From the NCBI GenBank assembly GCA_964454335.1, contig CAYVVT010000003.1:203316-267315 (forward strand): a stretch of 64,000 nucleotides of DNA, written 5' to 3'. The notes under the pieces were generated by a model that saw nothing but the letters and a program-made list of their open reading frames with translations, was not told the DNA's origin and did no database searches. Positions 27,664-36,422 of the stretch are shown here, one piece after another. Origin of the DNA: an uncultured Lentisphaeria bacterium. Lineage in GTDB: Bacteria; Fidelibacterota; UBA8477; JABMPR01. The position numbers and the translations under genes were made by a program. Each line of letters opens with the position of its first letter. Position 1 is the first letter of the stretch.

Positions 27664-30027
27664 TTATTTAAGCAGCAGGACCTTGCCGGTCTCAGACTGG
27701 CCATCAAAACTGACACGGTAGAGATAAAGGTCGGAAGGCAGTCCCGCTGCATTCCACACAAGCGCTTTGCGACCAGCCTGGGTCACGCCCTGGTGCAAGA
27801 TCCTGACCTGTTCACCACGGACATTGTAGATGCTCACTTCGACATATCCGTTCCAGGGGATGTCAAAAGGGATCACTGTCACCGGATTGAAAGGATTCGG
27901 ATATGCGCTGTGCAATCTGAATTTCCTGGGCCTGATCCCGGATCCCGGAATATCGATGCCCACGTAACGGTCCGGGAACAGACCGCCCCAGGTACTGTCG
28001 ATCCCGAAAACGTAATCCTTCCACATTTGGAGGAAACTGGCAGGCGGATTGTCAAACCAGGCAGAGAGGTTCATATCTTCATCCCCGATATTGATCATGG
28101 AATCCGGATAGGCGAAATCCTGCCAGAGCTCGAAGGTCACCGCCTCCATCATCTCCATATCGTCGATGAACATGTCACCGTCCATGTCGAAATCGTCCTG
28201 GTAGGGCTGCATGGCATAGGCCAGGTCCATCATCAGGGCAAAGAATTCGTTCAGGTCAGCGAAGCCTGCTTCAAGGGCATCCCCTGCAGCTATGAACTGA
28301 TCTACACCATAAGGCGTGAGTGACAGGAAATCAGGATTCGACAGTTCCAGCATCAGCACCAGGTCAGAATCGCTTTCCACCGTGCTGAAATCCAGAACTG
28401 TAGGATCCAGGTTCAGGACAAAGATGTCATCGAGCTCATCGTAGATTGCCGTAATCCCGTCCACTATGAGACCGAGTCCACCGCGAACCAGACCCAGCTG
28501 TATTTGTACGCCCACAACCATTGGCATGGAGATATTGGCGATCTCGAATTCAGTACCGGGACCGATCTCATAGGGTCCGTAGGCATCGCCAGTCGACTTG
28601 ATCAGTGCCACGAAGTGAGTGAATTCATCTGGGTCCGTGAAATAGGATAGATGCTCGTCGATCTCATCCAGATCGTCCAGGAAATTGACGCTCTCCCAGG
28701 CATACAGATAGGTCAGGCTGTCGATACGGCCCGCATCCAGCAGTCTGAAGATATCGCTGAAGATCTCCATATTATCCTGAGCCAGATGATAGGCCTGTAT
28801 CATGGCCAGACCGAGATGGGCATCTGGATCGTCAGGTGACAGGACGAGCTCTGCCTCCCATAGCCCCTCCAGCACTGCCAACCGCAGTTCAAGCGTCTCC
28901 TGGTCATCCCAACTGTTCAATACAAGATCCGGCGCCAGGAGGTCCAGCCTGTGTGCATCCAGACCATTGGGGAAAATACCTCCGAATGTGAAGTTCTCCG
29001 GATCCGGCACCCGGTAGAATTCCCAGTACAGGTCAAAGATGGCGGCATCGGGCATATTCTGCAGAATAGCCAGGGGCTTGATGGTTTTGCCCTCGTCGTC
29101 GGGACCGAAGGCATATTCCTTCCCACCCAGGAGTGTATCTACTTCTGCAATACCGTCCTGTATTGAATCAATGGGAGACGTATCCAGATCAAAGGGGCTG
29201 AAGGGCTGGCTGCTAAGGATGACGCATACTGTGTCAAGCATCTCGGTCATGTCGTCCAGTCCGGTACGCAGCGAGGCTACACCGGGCATGACGTCACCAC
29301 CTTCCTCAGACATCACGGAGTCCATCCAGGTACCGAAATCATCGAAATGGGAGGCCATGGATTCACCGATGTGGTCCAGGTCATCTACATGGTTGAACAG
29401 CGCTCGATCAAAGACCATCACGCTGTCCGGGATATCCGTAGCAACGATCTGTAGACTGAACTCGAAATCAGTGCTGCTGTTGAAGATGGAATCCACATGA
29501 GCAACGAAATTCTCTTCCGCAAAATGGACATCCATATCGTCGAAGAGGTCCTCGAAGGTCATCCCCACTTCATCGAATTCCAGCTCCAGGTCAGACATGG
29601 TCCCATCCATAAAATCCCGGAATGCTGCGTAATCACCTGAATCAAAGAATGCGGTGAGCGCCGTGAGTATGGCCTCAATCTCCATGGTGTCAAGCATGCT
29701 GATGATATCATCCTCGATACGGTCGAACATACCTGACATATCACCTTCGATGATGGCGCCAAGACTATCCAGTTCGTGGAATGCGGTATCCCCATCGATA
29801 TGGGTCCAGGCATAGGCCATAAATACCAGTCCCATATGTGCCTTCATTGTAGCCGCATCATCCAGACCGAGGGCAACCTGGTCGAGCCATTCTGTTTCAC
29901 GATCACTCAGATAGCTCACATAATCTGGTGTGATCTCCTCCTGGAGCACCAGATCGCTCGTCTGTGCATTTAGACCGGTGCAAAAAACGATTATCAATAA
30001 GGCGGTCAGGAAGTTCTTTACCTGCAT
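27664..30027 (-). CDS. Very acidic secreted protein with a T9SS type-A/FlgD-like C-terminal sorting domain
   Basis: Signal peptide (..GLNA), Asp/Glu-rich helical body, AYPNPFNPVT...IYNVRGEQV...WNA...YLYRV...KVLLLK. Likely start at 30027. Confidence 0.85.
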   Translation of the reverse strand: MQVKNFLTALLIIVFCTGLNAQTSDLVLQEEITPDYVSYLSDRETEWLDQVALGLDDAATMKAHMGLVFMAYAWTHIDGDTAFHELDSLGAIIEGDMSGMFDRIEDDIISMLDTMEIEAILTALTAFFDSGDYAAFRDFMDGTMSDLELEFDEVGMTFEDLFDDMDVHFAEENFVAHVDSIFNSSTDFEFSLQIVATDIPDSVMVFDRALFNHVDDLDHIGESMASHFDDFGTWMDSVMSEEGGDVMPGVASLRTGLDDMTEMLDTVCVILSSQPFSPFDLDTSPIDSIQDGIAEVDTLLGGKEYAFGPDDEGKTIKPLAILQNMPDAAIFDLYWEFYRVPDPENFTFGGIFPNGLDAHRLDLLAPDLVLNSWDDQETLELRLAVLEGLWEAELVLSPDDPDAHLGLAMIQAYHLAQDNMEIFSDIFRLLDAGRIDSLTYLYAWESVNFLDDLDEIDEHLSYFTDPDEFTHFVALIKSTGDAYGPYEIGPGTEFEIANISMPMVVGVQIQLGLVRGGLGLIVDGITAIYDELDDIFVLNLDPTVLDFSTVESDSDLVLMLELSNPDFLSLTPYGVDQFIAAGDALEAGFADLNEFFALMMDLAYAMQPYQDDFDMDGDMFIDDMEMMEAVTFELWQDFAYPDSMINIGDEDMNLSAWFDNPPASFLQMWKDYVFGIDSTWGGLFPDRYVGIDIPGSGIRPRKFRLHSAYPNPFNPVTVIPFDIPWNGYVEVSIYNVRGEQVRILHQGVTQAGRKALVWNAAGLPSDLYLYRVSFDGQSETGKVLLLK

Positions 30028-30404
30028 AACAGCCCCCTGTTTATTTGTGTTCAAGTTTCATATCCCTTTGAATTTACAGAAAGTCAACCCTGTTTCAAAT
30101 CGGGTCACGACTCCAATGATTTGAAGCACATTAGCCGCAGGCTCAGGCCTGTTCCCGATTTTTCCATCTGTTCACCCTTTTCTCATGTGAGTAAACGCAC
30201 CCTAAGTGAAACAATCCGCACATTGTGAATGGCGTGAGCTTATAAGTTGTGAACCCTGGTAGTTGATCGGTGTTCCCCTGGCGAGAACTGATTTCCGGGG
30301 ATCGAAGATGATGATTCCAATCCCCTGTCTGCCATGTTATCCTTGGAAAGACCCTGAGTCGGGGTCTGCGAGCAATCGATATGTAATACGAAAGGAGGCC
30401 AGAT

Positions 30405-30617
30405 ATGGCCGAAAGTGTCTATAAGGTCATCGAGCTTGTTGGATCCAGTACCGAATCCTGGGAAAAAGCTGCTGAAGCAGCGGTGAACCGGGCCGGAGAA
30501 TCCCTCAGGGATCTGAGGATCGCTGAGATCTGTGAACTTGATATGCAGCTCAAGGACGGTCGGATTGAAGCCTACCGGGCGAAGGTGAAAGTATCGTTCA
30601 AGTATGAAGGTGCTTAG
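30405..30617 (+). CDS. Dodecin-family (flavin-binding) protein
   Basis: VYKVIELVGSSTESWEKAA...YRAKVKVSFKYE; strong RBS AAAGGAGG. Confidence 0.93.
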   Translation: MAESVYKVIELVGSSTESWEKAAEAAVNRAGESLRDLRIAEICELDMQLKDGRIEAYRAKVKVSFKYEGA

Positions 30618-30672
30618 AATCTCTTAGATCAAGCGGGCTTCGTCCAACTGGATCAGCTCAGGGATCATTTCT

Positions 30673-31281
30673 GTGGAAACCACCAGAGGAAGGGTCAAAT
30701 TACCTGCACCTCGGACTGAGGGAGATATTTCCCTCGAACAGAGTCTGTTAAAACGTCGTTCCATTCGCAAATTCAGTGATGATCCCCTTTCGCTGTCGGA
30801 ATTGGGGCAACTGCTCTGGGCTGCCCAGGGCCGGAGTACCCCGGAAGGACGGCGTACCTCTCCTTCGGCCGGCGCGTTGTATCCACTCGAGGTATATGTT
30901 TTTATCAGCCGAGTCACCACGTTGGTACCCGGTATCTATCGCTACAACTCAGAGTCTCACGAGCTAAACCTGCTCCACGATCATGATCAGTCTTCTGAAT
31001 TGGCCAGAGCGGCGTTGGATCAGGATGCTGTGAGGGACGCTGCACTTAATATCGTATTCACCGCTGTCTGGGAACGGATCACATGGAAGTATGGGCAGCG
31101 TGGTATCCAGTATACACACCAGGAATCAGGGCATGCGGCACAAAACCTGTGCCTGCAGGCCACCGCCCTAGATCTTGGCACGGTCCTCATCGGAGCATTC
31201 ATAGATGAGGAAGTCAATTCTCTGCTGGACGTGCCTTCTGGTGAAGACGCGGTTTATATCATCTCCGTCGGCAATGTGTAG
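30673..31281 (+). CDS. SagB/ThcOx-family nitroreductase-like oxidoreductase
   Basis: KRRSIRKF, QLLWAAQG, RTSPSAGALYPLE, ESGHAAQN, IGAF. Confidence 0.9.
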   Translation: METTRGRVKLPAPRTEGDISLEQSLLKRRSIRKFSDDPLSLSELGQLLWAAQGRSTPEGRRTSPSAGALYPLEVYVFISRVTTLVPGIYRYNSESHELNLLHDHDQSSELARAALDQDAVRDAALNIVFTAVWERITWKYGQRGIQYTHQESGHAAQNLCLQATALDLGTVLIGAFIDEEVNSLLDVPSGEDAVYIISVGNV

Positions 31282-31334
31282 ACTGCCCGCGAATGAAAAT
31301 TGTAGCAAGAATTGGTTGAAGGAATTCGCCCGGA

Positions 31335-32027
31335 TCAGAAGTTATACACTGCACTCATGAAGAGCATGGCTGCACCATAGATCGCTGCCATCCCTGCACA
31401 ACCACCTGTTACACTGTTACGGATGAGAATACTTCGCGTCTCCGTCCTATAGGCGGTGGTGTACTGTTCGATAAATAGCTCTGACGAATTCTCTTCGCGC
31501 AGTTTTGTCAGTCTGTATTCTGGTATCTCGACATTGCGAACCGTGCCGTAAACCAGACTACCTGCTAGTCCAACCAGGGTACCCGGGGGTGGAAAAAGAG
31601 CACTGACTGCTCCTATTGCGATCCCGCCAATCCGGCCTTCCTTCTTGAGGTCGAATGCGGCCTCCAGTTCGGCCCGTGCCACCGGACCAAGCCCTGTACC
31701 ATATAAAGCCGATACAGGCGCGTTTAGCATCTCAAGAGAATGTTCCTTGAGGATGTCTTGGAACTCCTCCTCACTGATATAGATTGAATCATTCTCAACT
31801 GACCTGTTGGGCAACAACAGGACCTGGCGATCTGCAGTGATCAGTTTCACGACGAGAGATCTGGATACATGCTGTGGTGACTCGTTCTCAATTGGCGTGA
31901 ACACGACTGTAGAGTCTGTTATTTCATCCAGAGTTCCGATGTGGGCGGAGTGTTGCATCACAAGGATATCCTGTCCGGTTACCACCTGAGACAGGATAAA
32001 TGCAAGAATAAATGACGATCTTTGCAT
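31335..32027 (-). CDS. Hypothetical exported/membrane protein (C-terminal domain resembles 24956-25558)
   Basis: Signal peptide, GGIAIG...LFPP...QY-x3-Y...GGCAG, hydrophobic C-terminus. Confidence 0.75.
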   Translation of the reverse strand: MQRSSFILAFILSQVVTGQDILVMQHSAHIGTLDEITDSTVVFTPIENESPQHVSRSLVVKLITADRQVLLLPNRSVENDSIYISEEEFQDILKEHSLEMLNAPVSALYGTGLGPVARAELEAAFDLKKEGRIGGIAIGAVSALFPPPGTLVGLAGSLVYGTVRNVEIPEYRLTKLREENSSELFIEQYTTAYRTETRSILIRNSVTGGCAGMAAIYGAAMLFMSAVYNF

Positions 32028-32248
32028 GAGACCCCCGGTAATTGTGATAGCAGTGGGAAAACTTAGAGAACTGGCCTTCGCGACACAAGTGGAATACCCT
32101 GACTGGCGGCTATGGGAGGGATCTTCCTGGTTAAATAATGGGACTTTTCAAGACATAATGTTATATATGATCTGAATATCCTATACTATTGATATTCAGC
32201 ATTATAAAGGAACTCTGACTATAGGGACAGTTGATCGTGACGCAGGCT

Positions 32249-33145
32249 TCACGAACCAGGTGACTTTGATTCTCCACCGAGTTGGTTATACTCAAGTGTG
32301 GCTGCAAGATGGGCACCGTAAAGCAGTATCGAAAAGACCAGGAACAACCAGAACAGCAGGACCAGAACCGCTCCCAGGGTTCCGTAGAGAACGTTGTACT
32401 TGCTGATGCCCTGGGCGAGATAGGCAGTGAATGCCCAGGATGTAGCCTTTTGCATTAATGTGATCACCAGAGCGCTTATGGCAGAGTTCCGCCAACTGAT
32501 ATCATGACGCGGTCCCCAGCGGTAGATCATTGTCAGGATCGAGAACAACAACACGTAGGGCAGCAACAGGTATATGAGGGGATTGATATTCTGGACAAAT
32601 TCCAGCCTGAGGATCGGAAGATCAAGCTCCAGGATCAACTGTATCAAACCCTTGGCGATGAAAGACAAGGGCAGCAGAATGGCCAGTCCTGTCATGAGGG
32701 CCACTGCCTTGACGTGACTGCGGAAGAGGAATCTTTCCCGCGAATCCTGCCCTGCCTTGTCCAGATTGATGATCAGTGTACTGAAGGCTCCTACTGCGCC
32801 CCAGAGAAAGACCAGCAGGCTGATGACGCGAACCTGCCCCCGGAGACCCAGCAGGTTCTCGAGGTTTGTGGTGATGAGATCCTGGGACATCTTGGGGATC
32901 AATCCCAGTATATAGGCCACGATCTGTTCCTGGATCTCTACAGTTTCGGCAAACATGCTGCTGATGGTGAGGGCGATGAGCAGAAAGGGAATGATGGAGA
33001 ACAGAGAGTAGTATGAGATACTGGTTGCCGCCTGGAGGAAACCAGCTTCTGAAGCACGTTTCAGACTACGACCGATGACCAGGAGGACGGGTTTTGCACC
33101 TACCATTCCTATCCACTTCTGCAACTGATCCATCATACGATGCAT
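32249..33145 (-). CDS. YihY/virulence factor BrkB-family membrane protein
   Basis: ATSISYYSLFSIIP, IYRWGP, YNVLYGTLGAVLVLLFWLF, LLYGA. Confidence 0.92.
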   Translation of the reverse strand: MHRMMDQLQKWIGMVGAKPVLLVIGRSLKRASEAGFLQAATSISYYSLFSIIPFLLIALTISSMFAETVEIQEQIVAYILGLIPKMSQDLITTNLENLLGLRGQVRVISLLVFLWGAVGAFSTLIINLDKAGQDSRERFLFRSHVKAVALMTGLAILLPLSFIAKGLIQLILELDLPILRLEFVQNINPLIYLLLPYVLLFSILTMIYRWGPRHDISWRNSAISALVITLMQKATSWAFTAYLAQGISKYNVLYGTLGAVLVLLFWLFLVFSILLYGAHLAATLEYNQLGGESKSPGS

Positions 33146-33407
33146 GCCTTCAGCTCCTGGGCTCAGGTTTATTCTGTTGTTTTCTATCGACTTTCAGACT
33201 GGCCAGATCATTCTCCAGCCACGGTATTCAATGATATGGACAGATACGGACTATGGAACACATAATTTCCCTCTGCCGACGCAGCTAAATCGAGACGTCT
33301 GAATTTTCGCGAACGGATTACACATATTGTCATCCCTGTGACAGATGGGATGGGTGCTCAGAACCTATTGTGACAGCGTCCTGATGAAAATATCGAAAAG
33401 GGATACA

Positions 33408-33941
33408 ATGAGACAGAAAATAATAAAATTAGTGATTCTTTTATTGCCCGTGTTGAGTTGGGCAGAGATCCTGATCACCGAACAGAATGGCTCGCTTGCC
33501 GGGAAAGGCCACGCCCGTTCGCATGACTTTCCAGTGAGTGCGAAGGTCTTTACGATCAAAGTGAGTGATGCTGATACCAACGGGATGCGCTGGGTGGAAT
33601 TTGAAATGACCGTGAATGACCTGCATACAGGCAACGCCGCCCGCGACTCGCATATGCGCATGTCGGTCCTGGACAGAAAGCAATATCCCACCATCAACTT
33701 CAGTTCTTCAGTTAAGATGGGCGAGATGATGGCCGGGAAAGTGGCATTACCCGGGGAATTGACCATCAATGGTGTTACGAAACCCTATACATTCAATCTA
33801 AACCTGACAACCAATGGTGAAGGATGGGATGCCAAAGGTGGATTCGTCATAGTGCCCACCGACTTTGATCTGCCCCTGGTGGGTCTGGGGCCCATGAAGG
33901 TGCTGGACAAGGTGAATCTGCAATTGGACGTGACATTCTGA
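33408..33941 (+). CDS. YceI-family (polyisoprenoid-binding) exported protein
   Basis: Signal peptide, LHTGNAARDSHMR, YPTINF, GELTINGVTKP. Likely start at 33408. Confidence 0.9.
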   Translation: MRQKIIKLVILLLPVLSWAEILITEQNGSLAGKGHARSHDFPVSAKVFTIKVSDADTNGMRWVEFEMTVNDLHTGNAARDSHMRMSVLDRKQYPTINFSSSVKMGEMMAGKVALPGELTINGVTKPYTFNLNLTTNGEGWDAKGGFVIVPTDFDLPLVGLGPMKVLDKVNLQLDVTF

Positions 33942-34074
33942 CAAGAGTCGATCCCTGACGTCCCTCGGCGGTACACAAATGTATTTCTGCCCTTCATCTT
34001 GTCATGGCGATGGGATGAAGGGCTTCTCACTTTGCTTCACGATTCAGACCCGGATTTAAATGGACAGGAGCGAA

Positions 34075-34236
34075 ATGCCAGACTTTAAGAACACCAACTG
34101 TGTCGTCACCGGTGCCGGTGCCTTCGGTCTACCTCGTCGACCAGTCAGGTGTCATCTGATTTGTTCACTCAGATCCAAACCACCGAAACCCGCATCGATC
34201 CATATGAACTGCTCAGGATCGTCAGAGAATTGAATG
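34075..34236 (+). pseudogene. Chimeric remnant: SDR-like N-terminus joined to a decayed AhpC/TSA peroxiredoxin-like C-terminus
   Basis: RBS AGGAG + MPDFKNTNCVVTGAG; then, in another frame, VPVPSVYLVDQSGVI*FVHSDPNH, a frameshift, and TRIDPYELLRIVRELN. Confidence 0.55.
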
Positions 34237-34252
34237 ATCGATCCCTACCCTG

Positions 34253-35185
34253 CTATTCGGTATTGAAAATCCCTGACCAGTTCAGCGCCAGCGTCAGATA
34301 GGCGGCGGGCTGGGTCCCATCAGGGAATCCATTCGCCGAAGACCTGGTCCACATTGGCACTCCTGCGCGGAACTGGAACAGATCCCAGCCGGGTTTTGAG
34401 AATGCCAGATCAAATCCCGTGTACAGCACTGTCAGGGTTCGTTGATCCCTTTCAGTGGTCCAGATCGATGGTGGCGTCAAAAGCTGCTCGACCTGTAATT
34501 GAAGAAAAGGAACGAGGAACACGGGATACCACTGCTGGAGTGGTGCGGAGAGGTGCACCAGACTCAAATTATCCCGCAGGATATCGTCTCGACGCTCCAG
34601 GTTCTTCGAATAGAGCACGTTCATGGAAACAAGGCTGAATAGATCCGGGTGGTCATCAAACCAGGGCATGCGCTGATTATGCAGCAGCACAACCTCCCCG
34701 CTGGTGGCATTCTCACTACCAAAGGGAAAATCTTCCTCAGCATAGGTGGTGGCAGCGGGAACAGCCAACTGTATCTGGATCCAACTCTGTCCACGGTTAC
34801 CTATCGAGCGGCGTAAGCCCGTAGAAGCCTGACCGGTGTAGGCCCATGTCTCGGCTTGAATAAAAGTCACGTGTTCCTGTATGGTACCAATCGCAGCTGA
34901 TAATGACATGTACAGGACATTGCGAGTTTGAAATGACCGGGACACTTCAGCCTGCAGGTTCAATTGTGGGCCATATTGGATATTCCCGGCCGGTCCGCGG
35001 CCCGAGAGTTGTATATCTGTGAACCAGTGCAGGTCGTCATCACCGAAAAGGGCATTGGGCCAATGCGATCTCCAGTTGTTCATGAGGGCTCCACCACCTG
35101 CCTGGGCACTACCCACAGGTGAGCAGCAGACCTGTGCGTTCAGGACCATGTTTGCGGCCAGCAACAATGTCAGTAAGGTTTTCAT
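34253..35185 (-). CDS. Hypothetical outer-membrane protein with an N-terminal Cys-Cys motif
   Basis: Signal peptide, then QVCCSPVG; beta-strand-rich; ATGA overlap with the DUF3179 gene. Confidence 0.7.
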   Translation of the reverse strand: MKTLLTLLLAANMVLNAQVCCSPVGSAQAGGGALMNNWRSHWPNALFGDDDLHWFTDIQLSGRGPAGNIQYGPQLNLQAEVSRSFQTRNVLYMSLSAAIGTIQEHVTFIQAETWAYTGQASTGLRRSIGNRGQSWIQIQLAVPAATTYAEEDFPFGSENATSGEVVLLHNQRMPWFDDHPDLFSLVSMNVLYSKNLERRDDILRDNLSLVHLSAPLQQWYPVFLVPFLQLQVEQLLTPPSIWTTERDQRTLTVLYTGFDLAFSKPGWDLFQFRAGVPMWTRSSANGFPDGTQPAAYLTLALNWSGIFNTE

Positions 35186-36225
35186 CCCGTCACGATCTCC
35201 ACGTCGGGATAAAACGCTGCTACTGAAAACCAGAATGCGATGTAGCCATTGGCAGCCTTGAGCTGATCACCAGGTGCGTCACTGTCCAAGTGCCGCCCGG
35301 TTATGTCCCAGCGGCCCTCCCCTCCAGCCTGCTTGAGCACGATCTCCCCTGTATCCAGGTCCCAGATCTCGATCCGGATATCCCGAACGGTCTCGAACGC
35401 CACTGCAATATCATCAGATCCTGAGACGAACACCTTATGGCGCTTTCCGCTGATGTCAACAGCCAGGACCTGTGGATCACTGAATGCGTCGATGGGAATA
35501 GCCCGGGCCCAATCGCCATTGAGCAGGACAAAGACCCGGTCTTTCTCATCCAGGCGGTCGTCCGTGTTGGCCACGGGGAAATAGATATAGTCACCACAGT
35601 TTGGTGAGTTGCAGGTCCGATATGTCCCGTATGGATAACTGGAATAATTTCTGGAAAAACCCGTTCTGGAGTTGATCACTTTGGTATTCGGGAAGAGAGC
35701 CTTCCAGTTGCCCCAGCTGGTCTCCACGAGATTCTGCAACTGGATGGTCGAACCCGATCTCGTCCCGGCAGCTGAGCGCAGCAGCATTTGCGGCCAGTAA
35801 CTATCCGTGGTGCGATCGTACATGATGAGATTGCTGTTAAATAACAGGCCTGACACACCATATTGGGATTCAGTTTCAGAATGGATGGCACTGCCTGTAA
35901 GCGGGCAGTATGATATCGTGTACCCGTCCTCATTGACGATCTCGTGCCAGTCCAGGATCGAGTGTGGATAAGCAACGTATTCACTTCCGTTCCAGACTCC
36001 GACGACCCGATCCCCATCATCCAGAAAACCAAGATTTGCACCATCAGCGCTGGAGCGGTTGGGATGCTGCAGGCTGGGGATACAGTCCTTACCGGCATAA
36101 CAGCCCTGGCGCATATAATCCGTATCTATGGTCCAGGTCAGATCGGTATCTGTTCCCAGAACACTGTTATCCTCCTGGCAACCTACCAGGACGACAAATA
36201 ATGGCATTATTCTCAAGAAACGCAT
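35182..36225 (-). CDS. DUF3179-domain lipoprotein
   Basis: Lipobox VLVGC, KDCIPSL, AYPHSILDWHEIVN, SYCPLTGS, GVSGLLFNSNLIMYDRTTDSYWPQM, AFWFS..AFYP. Confidence 0.9.
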   Translation of the reverse strand: MRFLRIMPLFVVLVGCQEDNSVLGTDTDLTWTIDTDYMRQGCYAGKDCIPSLQHPNRSSADGANLGFLDDGDRVVGVWNGSEYVAYPHSILDWHEIVNEDGYTISYCPLTGSAIHSETESQYGVSGLLFNSNLIMYDRTTDSYWPQMLLRSAAGTRSGSTIQLQNLVETSWGNWKALFPNTKVINSRTGFSRNYSSYPYGTYRTCNSPNCGDYIYFPVANTDDRLDEKDRVFVLLNGDWARAIPIDAFSDPQVLAVDISGKRHKVFVSGSDDIAVAFETVRDIRIEIWDLDTGEIVLKQAGGEGRWDITGRHLDSDAPGDQLKAANGYIAFWFSVAAFYPDVEIVTG

Positions 36226-36422
36226 GACTACCTCCGTCATTAATGCTCACGAACCGATTCTAGTCATGCTCAACCCAGGTCACTGTCTCCCAATAGACAG
36301 TTCTGCGTCTTCCCTTTGAGGGACCAGGCGCTGCCATTCCTTTCAGATCAACACCGCCGTTCCTATCTTTCATACACGCATACCGTTCATACCAAACTTC
36401 CAGACCTTTCCGGGAGGGAATC

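Noticed and set aside
30240-30404. FMN or other riboswitch upstream of the dodecin gene
   Set aside because: Only short hairpins (e.g. AGACCCTGAGTCGGGGTCT); no recognisable aptamer consensus.
30405-31281. SagB/ThcOx dehydrogenase plus a small ORF as a possible TOMM/RiPP cluster
   Set aside because: The small ORF is a dodecin, not a Cys/Ser-rich precursor, and there is no YcaO or transporter nearby. A flavin-related pairing is simpler.
34150-34165. In-frame TGA as selenocysteine near DUF3179
   Set aside because: It falls at a non-catalytic position in a frameshifted fragment, and no SECIS-like hairpin was recognised.
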